A stretch of DNA of 64,000 nucleotides from the human T2T-CHM13v2.0 reference genome, Homo sapiens (GCF_009914755.1 NC_060928.1), one strand, 5' to 3'; positions 26,966 through 40,968 are shown, counted from the stretch's first letter. Numbers and translations are program-made. Notes: generated from the letters alone by a model not told the origin.

Positions 26966-27513
26966 GATAGCAACAAATTAACAAAACCCAGAACAAACTG
27001 ATAATGATAAAACTAAAGTGACTGTAATTTACAATTAATAAGCAAGAAGAACTGAAATCAGAACGTAAACTACCTCAGTATAACAGTGACGATGATGATG
27101 ATGATGATACATGATAAGAAAGTGGCCTTTTGAAATTTGGAGAAAAACCAACTATCTGCATATGTGCATTGGCCAAGCATTTTTCTGGCTGCTGGACTTT
27201 TTAGTAGAGTGCAAAATTAGAATTCTAATCCTTAAATATGTGCCAATTGTAGTATATAGAGATCAAATTTCAATAACTTACTAATAAATACTCGTTAGCT
27301 ACATGTAAAAAGGAAGGTCTGTGGAATCACACATCATTCACATATATGAATAAAGATATGCATTTGTTGAAATTAATGTACAGTCTGTCAGGAGGGCCTA
27401 TGGACCTTACTTTGAGAATCATATTTATAAAATGCTGTATGTGAAATGAAGAATCTTGTGTTAAAGCCATAGCCCTCTGTTTCTATTCATATATGAGAGA
27501 TATATATCATAAC

Positions 27514-27953
27514 TATATTAGGGTTCTCTAGAAGGACAGAACTAATAGGACACACACACACACACACACACATACATATAAAGGGGAGTTTATTAAGTAT
27601 AAACTTACACAATCACAAGGTCCCACAATAGGTCGTCTGCAAGCTTAAGGAGAAAGCAGAGCCAGTCTGAGTCTCAAAACTGAAGAACTTGGGAGTTGGA
27701 TGTTCGAGGGCAGGAAGCATCCAGCATGGGAGAAAGATGCAAGGCCCATCTCGGCTTTTCACATTTTTCTGCCTGCTTTATATTCGCTGGAAGCTGATTA
27801 GATGGTGCCCACCACATTAAGGATGGATCTGCCTTCCCCAGTCCACTGACTCAAATGTGAATCTCCTTTGGCAACACCCTCACAGACATAGCCAGGATTA
27901 ATACTTTGTATCTTTCAATCCAATCAAGTTGACATTCAGTATTAACCATCACA
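27514..27953 (-). mobile_element. MLT2A1/MLT2A2 (HERV-L) solo LTR
   Basis: On the minus strand it reads TGTGATGGTTAATACTGAATGTCAACTTGATTGGATTGAA...AATAAACTCCCCTTTATAT...CCTATTAGTTCTGTCCTTCTAGAGAACCCTAATATA. Near-TSD ATAAC/ATACC. Confidence 0.9.
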
Positions 27954-28296
27954 ATACCAGTTTGAAGCTTAGGGCATTAAATGTTCTGAGATGATTAAAT
28001 TCAATGAACACTGATTGTATACCCACTACTTGTGACTGCATGGCATCAGGGATAAAATGATGACTAAAAGTGATCCTTGCCCTCCAGAAACTTGTAATCT
28101 ACCAGAGGAGACATCAACAAGACCAGTATAACCCAAGGGCAGATGTGCCATAATAGAGGTATGTTCTAAAGGAAGAGTGAGGAGAGTGATTATTGGTGTC
28201 TCTGGATATTGGAGAAGGCTTGAACTATCATTAGGATTCTGCCAAATGGAGAAGAGAAACCAGACTGAGAGAAAAACAGCAACAAAATACAAATCT

Positions 28297-28601
28297 GGCC
28301 GGGTGTGGTGGCTCACCCCTGTAATCCCAGCACTTCGGGAGGCTGAGGCGGACGGATCACCTGAGGTCAGGCGTTCGAGACCAGCCTGGCTGACATGGCA
28401 AAACCCCATCTCTACTGAAAATACAAAAATTAGCTGGGCATGGTGGTGATGCCTGTAATCCTAGCTACTTGGGAGGCTGAGGCAGGGAGAATTGCTTGAA
28501 CCCGGGAGGTGGAGGTTGCAATGAGCAAAGATCATGCCATTGCACTCCAGCCTAGGTGACACAGTGAGCCTCCGTCTCAAAAAACAAACAAACCAAAAAA
28601 A
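28297..28601 (+). mobile_element. AluS element
   Basis: Full dimeric Alu with 'gatcacctgaggtcagg' and an A-rich tail. Confidence 0.93.
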
Positions 28602-28828
28602 GGGACAAAGTTATGGAAAAACTGTAACAGGCTTACGGAGTGCCAAGTAGTTGAGGGCAATTTATTTACAGGCATATCTCAGAGATATTGCACATTCAGT
28701 TCCAGGACACTGCACTAAAGCAAGTCACACAAATTTTTTGGTTTTCCAGTGCTTATAAATGTTATGTTTACAGTATACTGTAGTCTATTAAGTATGTGAT
28801 AGCATTATGTCTTAAAAAAACAATTGAC

Positions 28829-31784
28829 CTCTCCCTCTCCCTCTCCCTCTCCCTCTCCCTCTCCCTCTCCCTCTCCCTCTCCCTCTCCCTCTCCCTCTCC
28901 CTCTCCCTCTCCCTCTCCCTCTCCCTCTCCCTCTCCCTCTCCCTCTCCCTCTCCCTCTCCCTCCACTGTCTCCCTCTCCCTCTCCCTCTCCCTCCACAGT
29001 CTCCTTCCACGGTCTCCCTCTGATGCCGAGCCAAGGCTGGACGGTGCTGCTGCCATCTCGGCTCACTGCAGCCTCCCTGCCTGATTCTCCTGCCTCAGCC
29101 TGCTACGCCTCACTGGTTTTCGTTTTTTTTTTGGTGGAGACGGGGTTTTGCTGTGTTGGCCGGGCTGGTCTCCAGCTCCTAGCCGCGAGTGATCCGCCAG
29201 CCTCGGCCTCCCGGGGTGCCGGGATTGCGGACGGAGTCTCATTCACTCAGTGCTCAGTGGTGCCCAGGCTGGAGTGCAGTGGCGTGATCTCGGCTCGCTA
29301 CAGCCTCCACCTCCCAGCCGCCTGCCTTGGCCCCCCAAAGTGCCGAGATTGCAGCCTCTGCCCAGCCGCCACCCCGTCTGGGAAGTGAGGAGCGTCTCTG
29401 CTTGGCCACCCATCGTCTGGGATATGAGGAGCCTCTCTGCCTGGCTGCCCAGTCTGGAAAGTGAGGAGCGTCTCTGCCCGGCCGCCATCCCATCTAGGAA
29501 GCGAGGAGCGCCTCTTCCCCGCCGCCTTCCCATCTAGGAAGTGAGGAGCGTCTCTGCCCGGCCGCCCATCGTCTGAGATGTGGGGAGCACCTCTGCCCCG
29601 CCGCCCTGTCTGGGATGTGAGGAGCGCCTCTGCTGGCCGCAACCCTGTCTGGGAGGTGAGGAGCGTCTCTGCCCGGCCGCCCCGTCTGAGAAGTGAGGAA
29701 ACCCTCTGCCTGGCAACCGCCCCGTCTGAGAAGTGAGGAGCCCCTCCGTCCGGCAGCCACCCCGTCTGGGAAGTGAGGAGCGTCTCCGCCCGGCAGCCAC
29801 CCCGTCCGGGAGGGAGGTGGGGGGGGTCAGCCCCCCGCCCGGCCAGCCGCCCCGTCCGGGAGGTGAGGGGCGCCTCTGCCCGGCCGCCCCTACTGGGAAG
29901 TGAGGAGCCCCTCTGCCTGGCCAGTCGCCCCGTCCAGGAGGGAGGTGGGGGGGTCAGCCCCCCGCCCGGCCAGCCGCCCAGTCCGGGAGGTGAGGGGCGC
30001 CTCTGCCCGGCCGCCCCTACTGGGAAGTGAGGAGCCCCTCTGCCCGGCCAGCCGCCCCGTCCGGGAGGGGGGAGGGGGGGTCAGCCCCCTGCCCGGCCAG
30101 CCGCCCCGTCCGGGAGGGAGGTGGTGGGGGTCAGCCCCCCGCCCGGCCAGCCGCCCCGTCCGGGAGGTGAGGGGTGCCTCTGCCCGGCCGCCCCTACTGG
30201 GAAGTGAGGAGCCCCTCTGCCCGGCCAGCCGCCCCGTCTGGGAGGGAGGTGGGGGGGTCAGCCCCCCGCCTGGCTGGCCGCCCCGTCCGGGAGGTGAGGG
30301 GCGCCTCTGCCCGGCCGCCCCTACTGGGAAGTGAGGACCCCTCTGCCCAGCCAGCCGCCCCGTCCGGGAGGGAGGTGGGGGGGTCAGCCCCCCGCCCGGC
30401 CAGCCGCCCAGTCCGGGAGGGAGGTGGGGGGATCAGCCCCCCGCCCGGCCAGCCGCCCCGTCCGGGAGGGAGGTGGGGGGGTCAGCCCCCCGTCCGGCCA
30501 GCCGCCCCATCCGGGAGGGAGGTGGGGGGTCAGCCCCCCGCCTGGCCAGCCGCCCCATCCGGGAGGGAGGTGGGGGGATCAGCCCCCCGCCTGGCCAGCC
30601 GCCCCGTCCGGGAGGTGAGGGGCGCCTCTGCCCGGCCGCCCCTACTGGGAAGTGAGGAGCCCCTCTGCCCGGCCAGCCGCCCCATCCGGGAGGGAGGTGG
30701 GGGGGTCAGCCCCCCGCCTGGCCAGCCGCCCCATCCGGGAGGGAGGTGGGGGGGTCAGCCCCCCGCCCGGCCAGCCGCCCCGTCCGGGAGGGAGGTGGGG
30801 GGGGTCAGCCCCCCGCCCGACCAGCCGCCCCGTCCGGGAGGGAGGTGGGGGGATCAGCCCCCCGCCTGGCCAGCCGCCCCGTCCGGGAGGTGAGGGGCGC
30901 CTCTGCCCGGCCGCCCCTACTGGGAAGTGAGGAGCCCCTCTGCCCGGCCAGCCGCCCCGTCCGGGAGGGAGGCGGGCGGGGGGGGTCGGCCAGCCGCCCT
31001 GTCCGGGAGGGAGGTGGGGGGGTCAGCCCCCCGCCCGGCCGGCCGCCCCGTCCGGGAGGTGAGGGGCGCCTCTGCCCGGCCGCCCCTACTGGGAAGTGAG
31101 GAGCCCCTCTGCCTGGCCAGCCGCCCTGTCCGGGAGGATGGTGGGGGGGTCAGCCCCCCGCCCGGCCAGCCGCCCCATCCGGGAGGTGAGGGGCGCTTCT
31201 GCCCAGCCGCCCCTACTGGGAAGTGAGGAGCCCCTCTGCCCGGCCACGACCCCGTCTGGGAGGTGTGCCCAGCGGCTCATTGGGGATGGGCCATGATGAC
31301 AATGGCGGTTTTGTGGAATAGAAAGGCGGGAAGGGTGGGGAAAAAATTGAGAAATCAGATGGTTGCCGGGTCTGTGTGGATAGAAGTAGACATGGGAGAC
31401 TTTTCATTTTGTTCTGTACTAAGAAAAATTCTTCTGCCTTGGGATCCTGTTGATCTGTGACCTTATCCCCAACCCTGTGCTCTCTGAAACATGTGCTGTG
31501 TCCACTCAGGGTTAAATGGATTAAGGGCGGTGCAAGATGTGCTTTGTTAAACAGATGCTTGAAGGCAGCATGCTGGTTAAGAGTCATCACCACTCCCTAA
31601 TCTTAAGTACCCAGGGACACAAACACTGCGGAAGGCCACAGGGTCCTCTGCCTAGGAAAACCAGAGACCTTTGTTCACTTGTTTATCTGCTGACCTTCCC
31701 TCCACTATTGTCCTATGACCCTGCCAAATCCCCCTCTGCGAGAAACACCCAAGAATGATCAATAAAAAAAAAAAAAAAAAAAAA
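28829..31784 (+). mobile_element. Full-length SVA retrotransposon (young D/E/F type)
   Basis: About 22 CCCTCT hexamers (28829-28963), Alu-like domain (about 29000-29350), GC-rich VNTR (about 29350-31260), SINE-R (about 31260-31760), AATAAA and a poly(A) tail. Perfect 15-bp TSD AAAAAAACAATTGAC at 28814-28828 and 31785-31799, at a TT/AAAA L1-endonuclease site. Confidence 0.98.
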
Positions 31785-32545
31785 AAAAAAACAATTGACA
31801 TACCTTGACTAAAAAATGCTTGCTGCAAAGATACTAATGATCATATGAGCTTTCAGAGAGTCAAGATCTTTGTGCTGGTGTAGGTTCTTAGTGTTGAAGG
31901 CTACTGACTGATCAAGGTGGTGGTTGCTGAAGGCTGAGTTGGCTGTGGCAATTTCTTAAAATAAGACAACAATGAGGTTTGCCACATTGATTGCTTCTTC
32001 CTTTCACAGAAGATTTATCTGTAGCATGTGATGCTGTTTGATAGCATTTTACCCAGAGTAGAATGTCTTTCAAAATTGGAGTTGATCCTCTCAAAGTCTA
32101 CCACTGCTTTATCAACTAAGTTCATGTAATATTCTAGATCCTTTGTTGTCATTTCACCAATGTTCACGGCATCTTCATCAGGAGTACATTCCATGTCAGG
32201 AAACCACTTTCTTTGCTCATCTATAAGAAAAAACTCCTTATCTGGTCAAGTTTTATCATGAGATTGCAACAATTCAGTCACATCTTCAGGCTCTACTTCT
32301 GGTTCTCTTGCTATTTCATCACATATGCAGTTACTTCCTTCACTAAAGTCTTCAACTTCTCAAAGTTATCCATGAGGGTTGGAATCAACTTCTTCCAAAC
32401 TTCTGGTCATGCTGATATTTTGATTTCCTCCTATGAATCACAAATTGTTCTTAATGGCATCTAGAATGATGAATTCTTTCCAAAGGTTTCCAGTTTACTC
32501 TGCCCAGATCCATCAGAGGAATTACTATCTATGGCAGCTATAGCC

Positions 32546-32924
<379 letters not shown>

Positions 32925-33865
32925 ATGAAATATATTTCTTAAATAATAAAACCTTAAAGTCAAAATTACTCCTTGATCCATGGGCTGTGGAATGGATGTT
33001 GTGTTAATAGGCATGAAAACAACATTAAGCTCCTTGTACATCTCCATTAGAGCTCTTGGTTGACCAGGTGCACTGCCAATTAACAATAATATTTTGAAAG
33101 GGATCTTTTTTTCTAAGTGCTAAGTCTCAACAAGGTACTCAAAATATTCAGTAAAGCATGCTGTAAATAGATGTGCTGTCATCTAGGCTTTGTTGTTCCA
33201 TTTATAGAGGACAGGCAGAGTAGATTTAGCATACTCTTAAGGGCCCTAGGATTTTTGGAATGGTAAATGAACATTGGCTTCAACTTCAAATCACCAGCTA
33301 CATTAGCCCCTAACAAGAGTCAGCTTGTTCTTTGAAGCTTTGAAGCCAGGCATTGACTCCTCTCTAGCTATGAAAGTCCTAGATGGCATCTTCTTCCAAC
33401 AGAAGGCTGTTTCATCTACATTGAAAAATTGGTTTTCTAGTGTAGCCACCTTCAATCATCTGAAGTAGATCTTCTGGATAACCCGCTACAGCTTCTATAT
33501 CAGCACTTGCTGCTTCACCTTACATTTTCATGTTATGAAGACAACTTCTTTCCTTCAGCCTCATGAACCAACCTCTGTTAGCTTCAAACTTTTCTTCTGC
33601 AGCTTCCTCACCTCTCTCAGCCTTCATAGAATTGAAGAGAATTAGGGCTGTGTTCTAGATTAGGCTTTAACTTAAGGAAATGTTATGGCTGCTTTTATCT
33701 TCTATCCAGACCAATAAAACCTTCTCCATATCAGCAGTAAGATTGTTTTTCTTTCTTATCATTTGTGTGTTCACTGGAGTAGCACTTTGAATTTTCTTCA
33801 ATAACTTTCCATTTGCATTCACAACTTGGATGTTTGACACAAGAGGCCCAACTGTCAGCTTGGCT

Positions 33866-34204
33866 TGCTTGCTCTCTCTCTCTCTCTCTCTTTCTCCTTT
33901 CCCCCCTTTATTTCTTGCTTTATACAGACAGAATTTCACTCTGTCACTCAGGCTGGAGTGCACTATCATAGATAGCTCACTACAGCCTCAAACTCCTGGG
34001 CTCAAGGGATCCTCCCACCCTAGCCTCCTGAATAGCTGGGACTATAGGCATGTGCCACCACCCCCAGCTAATGTTTTATTTTTTTACAGAGACAAGGTCT
34101 CACTTTGTGGCTCAGGCTGGTTTTGAACTCCTGGCTTCAAGCAATCCTGCCACCTCAACCTCCCAAAGTGCTGAGGTTACAGGCATGTTCCACTGTACCT
34201 TAGC
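33866..34204 (-). mobile_element. AluJ-type element inside Tigger1
   Basis: Antisense Alu with a CT-rich degenerate tail, splitting the transposase N-terminal region. Confidence 0.88.
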
Positions 34205-34501
34205 TTTCTACATGCTTTTCCCACTAAGCTTAATCATTTCTAGCTTTTGATTTAAAGTGAGACATGAGACTCTTCCTTTCTCTTGAACACTTAGAGGCCA
34301 TTGTAGGGTTATTACTTGGCCTGATTTTAATACTGTTGTATCTCAGGGAATAGGGAGGTCTGAGAAGAGAAAGAGAGATGGAGGAACAGCTGGTCGGTGG
34401 AACAGTCAGAACACACACAACATTTATCAATTTCACCATCGTATATGGGTGTGGCTTGTGGTACCCTAAGACAATTACAATAGTAACATCAAAGATCACT
34501 G

Positions 34502-34791
34502 GGCTGGGCACGGTGGCTCCTGCCTGTAATCCTAGCACTTTGCAAGGCCAAGGCGGGCGGATCACCTGAGGTCAGGAGTTTGAGACCAGCCTGGCCAACA
34601 TGGTGAAACCCCATTTCTACTAAAAATACAAAAATTAGCCAGGCATGGTGACAAGCGCCTGAAATCTCAGCTCCTCATGAGGCTGAGGCACGAGAATGGC
34701 TTGAACCCAGGAAGCAGAAGTTGCAGTGGGCTGAGATCATGCCATTGCACTCCAGTCTGGGCAACAGAGTAAGACTGTCTCAAAAACAAAC

Positions 34792-34821
<30 letters not shown>
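34502..34821 (+). mobile_element. AluS element inside Tigger1
   Basis: TSD CAAAGATCACTG at 34490-34501 and 34822-34833; (CAAAA)n tail. Confidence 0.93.
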
Positions 34822-34823
<2 letters not shown>

Positions 34824-35052
34824 AAGATCACTGATAGTGGATCACCATTACAGATATAATAATAATGAAGAAGTTTGAGAAATTGTGAGAATTACCAAAA
34901 TGTGACACAGAGACACAAATGAGCACAAGCTATTGGAAAAATAGCACCAATAGACTCGTTTGATGTATGATTGCCTGCCACAAACCTTCAATTTGTGGAA
35001 TATGCAATATCTGTGAAATGCAATAAAGCAAAGCCCAATAAAATGAGGTATG

Positions 35053-35355
35053 GGCCAGGAATGACATCTCATGCCTATAATTCCAGCACTTTCGGAGGCT
35101 GAGGCAGGAAGATTGCTTAATCCCAGGAGTTTGAGACCAGCCTGGGCAACATAGGGAGACCTCATCTCTATAAAAAATTAACATTTAAAAATTAGCCACA
35201 TGTGTTGTCTTACACCTGTGGGCCCAGCTACTCAAGAGGCGGAGGTGGGAGGATCACTTGAGCCTGGGAGTTTGAGACTGTAGTGAGCTGTGATCATACC
35301 ACGGCAGTCCAGCCAAGGTGACAGAGAGAGACCCTGTCTCAGAAAAAAAAAAAAA
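35053..35355 (+). mobile_element. AluJ-type element inserted in the Tigger1 TIR
   Basis: Alu body and A tail lie between 'gaggtatg' and 'catgcctg'. Confidence 0.88.
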
Positions 35356-35514
35356 GCATGCCTGAACTTTAAATTACATGCATGTACTTCTATTATAATG
35401 TTATGTACATTATTAAAGCAAACATATAGAAATTATACAAGGAAATAAGGCAAAAAAAATTGTAAAGATATTGCTAATCATAATGGATTCTCCCACTATA
35501 CCCAGCTAATATAA

Positions 35515-35821
<307 letters not shown>

Positions 35822-35842
35822 CCTTAGTGGGGTTTTGCTATG

Positions 35843-36970
35843 GACTAGCGATGTTGTAGCTGTTGTAATGTTGTAGCACAACTCATTACTCATGTGTTTG
35901 TGGTGATACTGGTGGTAAAAAAAAGAAACCTGTGCTGCCAGTTGTATAAAAGTCTAGCACATACAATTATGTATAGCACATATGCCTGTTATTGATAATA
36001 ATACTTGATCATGTTACTGTTCTATGTATTTACTATACTATACTTTTTAGCATTATTTTAGAGTGTATTTCTTCTACTTATATGTAAAAAATGTTTACTG
36101 TAAACAGCCTCTGGCAGGTCCTTCAAGAGATATACCAGAAGGAGGCATGGTTATCATAGGAGGTAACAGCTCCATGCATGTTATTGCCACCAAAGACCTT
36201 CCAGTGGGATGAGATGTGGAAGTGGAAGACAGAGATATTGATCATCCTGCACCATGTGTAGGCCTAGACTAATGTGTATGTTTGTGTCTTAGTTTTTAAC
36301 AGAAACATTTAAAAAGTTAAAAAAAATTAATAGAACAAACGTATAGGATAAGGATATAAAGAAAATGATTTTTGTACAGATGTATAATTTGTATTTTAAG
36401 CTAAGTATTATTACAAGTCAAAAAGTTTTTAAAAATGTAAAAGTTTATAAAGCAAAAAAGTTACAGTAAGTAAATATATTGTTGAAGAAATAAAAAATTT
36501 AAAAATAAATTTAGTGTAGCCTAAGTGTGTAGCATTTATAAAGTCTACCATAGTATACAGTGTACAGTAATATCCTGGGCCTTCACATTCACTCACCACT
36601 CACTCACTGACTCACTCAGAGCAACTTCCAGTCCTGCAAGCTCCATGTATGGTAAGTGCCCTATACAGATGTGCCATTCATCTTTGATACAGTGTTTTAT
36701 TGTACCTTTTCTATGCCTAGATATGTTTAGATAAACAAATATTTGCCATTGTGTTACAGTCACTTACCGTATTCAGTACAGTCACATGCTGTACAGGTTT
36801 GTAGCCTAGGAGCAACAGGCTATACCATATGGCTTAAGTGTTTAGTAGGCCATACATACCATCTAGGTTTGCATAAGTGCACTATACTCGGTGATGTTCA
36901 CACGATGACAAAAATCATCTAACAATGCATTTCTCAGAATTATCCCTGTTGTTAAGCAACGTGTGACTAT
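35843..36970 (+). mobile_element. Tigger3b (Golem) non-autonomous DNA transposon, 5' end missing
   Basis: 'cattactcatgtgtttgtggtgatactgg...gaccttccagtgggatgagatgtggaagtggaagacag...catttctcagaattatccctgttgttaagcaacgtgtgacta' (TIR). Confidence 0.85.
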
Positions 36971-37019
36971 AATACTACTATACTGCCAGTGTATCACCTT
37001 GAGAACAAGAGACACATGA

Positions 37020-37830
37020 CTGTGTACTTGATCTTTGTCTCTGGTTCCTCCTAAAACCTTTGGAATTTCTGGAGTGATAGGAGTTTCTTATCATAATAAG
37101 CTCCTTTTAACCATACCTGAATTTACGCTAAGGAGGTGACTCAAGATAGACTTTTAGATAGTTTCAAGGGAGGGGCTGGTTATGTCAGGAAGACTTGGCA
37201 CATAATTAGAAGGTTGGAGCTTTCAGTCCCATCCCTCCATATCTGGGGAGGGGAGAGGGACTGGAGACTGAGACCAATCACAATGGCTTAATCAATCAAT
37301 GGTTTAAACAATGGTCAGTGGTTTACTCAATCGTGCCTACATAATGAAATCTTGAAGAAAACTCTAAGGAGATTCAGAGAACTTCCTGGTTGGTAAACAG
37401 ACAATATAAGCAGGGGTTGGGGACATGGCACGCCCCCAATCCATGGGACGAAGGCTGCTGCCTCCTCTCCCACAGACCTTGCCCTATGCATCTCTTCCAT
37501 TTGATTGTTTCTAAGCTGTATCTTTTATAATAAAATGGTACTTGTAGGTATAGCACTTTCCTGAGTTCTGTGAATCATTCTAACAAATTATCAAACCTGG
37601 AGGGAAGTTGTGAGAATCCCTGAATTTGTAGCCAAGCCAGTTGGGAAGATGTGTGGGTAACCGCTGGGACTGCATCTGGCATCTGAAGTGGGGATAGTCT
37701 TGTGAGATTGAGTCCTTTACCCTCTGGGGTCTGCACTACCTCTGGGTAGTTAGTTTCAGAATTGAATGGAACTGCTGGACATCCAGTTGGTGTTGGAGAA
37801 TTGCAGGAGCGTATGGGGGAAGTACTTAGC
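37020..37830 (+). mobile_element. MER21-family (ERVL) solo LTR
   Basis: 'agaccttgccctatgcatctcttccatttg...ctgagttctgtgaatcattctaacaaattatcaaacc...atccagttggtgttggagaattg'. Confidence 0.82.
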
Positions 37831-39409
37831 ATTTGCAAAGTGGGCCATTATCTAAAACATTTGAGACACTGCAGGAAAGTACTCAGTACAGAAACACTAG
37901 ACCTTGAATATAGATAGAGGGTAGCCGTTGTGCTACTTTGAGGCATTTCTTCAAGTGAGAGATAAAAATATTGACATTTTTAGACTGGAGTCATACATAC
38001 AAATGTTTTCTTGGCATACTTTTCAAAAGACACGTTCTCTTCTTAGTAACCTTATCAAAGATAATGAGGCCTGTTTACCCAAAATTATTTGGCGGCAAAT
38101 CTGTCTGAAGGCTCTCTTTTAGCCATATAGCATATATATCTCCATCAGGAGAAAGTTTGCAAGGATCTTGAAACAAACAGCTGCTGCTATCTAAGTAAGT
38201 GTGAATGCTGGTATGAATGTGACACATTATATTTCCTTCAATAGATATTTTTATTACATTGATTCTTTTGAAAGAGTTCATTATTTCCATACTTTCTCTG
38301 AACCTTCCTTTCTCTTTGGCCTCCTACTTTTTTACCCTCCATCCCCAGATAGGAAAAGGACATTCTTAGAAATTCACATACACAATGGCAGAAATACTCA
38401 AGACTTTAAAGGAATGAGAAATAGTCCATTATGAAAAAAAAAACTACATCATTTCAAGAAGATGGGAATAAAAGATACTATTACCTGATGTTTAGGGTAA
38501 TGAGTAGGGAAAAGAGAGACTATACTTTTAGATTTGGACAAGGACAAAACTCAAGGTAATTCATGTGGCATATATAACCTAGATATTTGTAAAATGAGTA
38601 TAAATAGTGTTTTTAAACAACTGCAAAAATAATGAAGAAATGAGCTAGTCAATGTGTGTGGATACAGGGTCTTCCTTGTGAGCAATAATATCGTTTGGGA
38701 TATTGTGACTTTTATCTTACTAAGTCAGAATCCCCACATATAACATTAATTTACAAGTTAAATTTTTAATAAAAGACTTCTTTCACTCGTAGATGCAAGC
38801 AGTGAAAGCAGTATTTTTAGTATTATTTCAAATGAGAATATTTACTGTACTTCATTAGTTCATTAAATCATGGTAAAAACTGTATAATGATTTTGTCTTC
38901 ATTTTAAGAGACTGCAATTATAGTCTTATGATAGGTATTTATAGACTGCCTCTTGTGCTATAGAAAACATCTTATGTCACCTACTTAATATTTTAAAATG
39001 ACATGAATCTCTGTTCATAACACCTTCAGGAAGTTGTGAACATGAATAACAGTGTGCAGATAATTTTTAGTTTGCTAACTGAATAACACTTTAATTCATC
39101 CAAAGTGGTTCCTAGAGACTATAACAATAAGTAGTTCATTTATTTTTAATTGCTAATTTAATTTCAGCTGTAACACTTTCATTTAGGGGATGACTTCATA
39201 GTAGAAAGTATTTGGCAGCAAGAAGAGAAATAATCAAATATGTAACAATCTTCGAGATTCCATGAAGCACAGGGCTTATGACACTATTTATAAGAAATGA
39301 GGCCATTCTGTAACTTTAACTTTCAAATGTAACATATATTACATTCATAATAAAATAAATATGTACCTTTTATTTTCCTAACGGGTTAAATGTATTTACC
39401 TAAAGGGCT

Positions 39410-40240
39410 GTGCATTGTAGTTGAAGGAGCATGGTATGGAAGTTTAGGGGTTTGATTCTATGCCCTGCTGTGAAACCATCTAGCTCTGTGATCTCAACCT
39501 AACAAGTTAGTGTAGCATTTCTGGATTTCAGTTTCCTATCCTAGGGAACAAACTCAAGAATCCCTAATGCACTTCCCAGCTCCAAATTTCTGTGATTCAT
39601 TCCATAACTTTCAGAGATACCTACAATGTTAACATGTTTTAATAGTTGTAATGAGCACGGGATTGTAGTCACACCAGACGGATCTCCAGTTCTGCCATTT
39701 ACTTCATTGTAACCTTTGGCAGATAATTTTTCTGAATTCCAGTTTATTCAACTTTAAAACAGGGTTAATGATAGGAGAGCAGACACCGTTGATGTCCTGC
39801 TGCATAGCGGCTCGCTCCGCTGCAGCTACAGGGGACAGCTCCACGCCCTGACAATGGTTCACCACTGGGCCTGCTGGAGTCTCCTTCACTGCCCCTGGGC
39901 TTTTTCAGATGCCACAAGAACTTGTACAGCCCAGAAGTACCAAAGATGTAATGCCCTCAGGTGAAACCCTCCACCAGTGAGAGACAGAAGCTTTCTGACC
40001 CTCAATGGGACAATTCAGAGGCACAGGTCACACAGTTCTTCGGTGGGTCCTCAGTGGGATTGAGGCACATAGCAGTAATCTGCTCATTCATTCACCCTGT
40101 GTTTGTGAATTAATCTCTCACTCCCCTGTCTCATTTTTCCCACTACATCACTGTGCTTCCTGGGATCACCTCCCAAATAAACTACTTGTAGACAATTTAT
40201 TTCTCAGGTTTTGTTTTTGGGAAACCCCATTTGACAATTG
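39410..40240. mobile_element. MIR fragments followed by an LTR16-type ERVL LTR (about 39790-40236)
   Basis: MIR 'tttctggatttcagtttcctatcc'; LTR16 3' motif 'tgcttcctgggatcacctcccaaataaactacttg...tttgggaaaccc'. Confidence 0.7.
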
Positions 40241-40601
40241 CTGTGATGATTAATTGAGAACATAAAGCACCTACTAGGTCCTATAATAAGGCCCCAACAA
40301 ATATGATAATTATATCTGACAAATGAAACAGAATTTCGTGGTTCTAGGTAATATTTAGGTTGTATTTCTATAGTTAAGTGATGCTTACATCCTGCTAAAG
40401 CATATTTCATACTGTTCTGAGGTATATCAGATGCAAAGAAAATTTTGTAAGTGGGGAAACTTTAGGTATGATTAAAATTTTGTTATAGAAAAATATTTGC
40501 TAAGATGTTTCTTTTTTTAAGTTCCTCCTTTCTCCTTTTTATTGTTTCATACTGAAGTCATAATTCTATTTCTATATGAAACATTAATTGAGTACTATTT
40601 A

Positions 40602-40968
<367 letters not shown>

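Noticed and set aside
28768-31758. Repetitive ORFs (poly-RE, poly-LS, poly-EG, poly-GR, poly-SP; 'PAAPSGREVGG' repeats)
   Set aside because: They are translations of the SVA hexamer and VNTR, with no evidence of being genes.
37850-39400. Repeat-poor AT-rich stretch as a conserved element or hidden exon
   Set aside because: No convincing ORF, splice-site pair or structure is visible, and conservation cannot be judged from one sequence.
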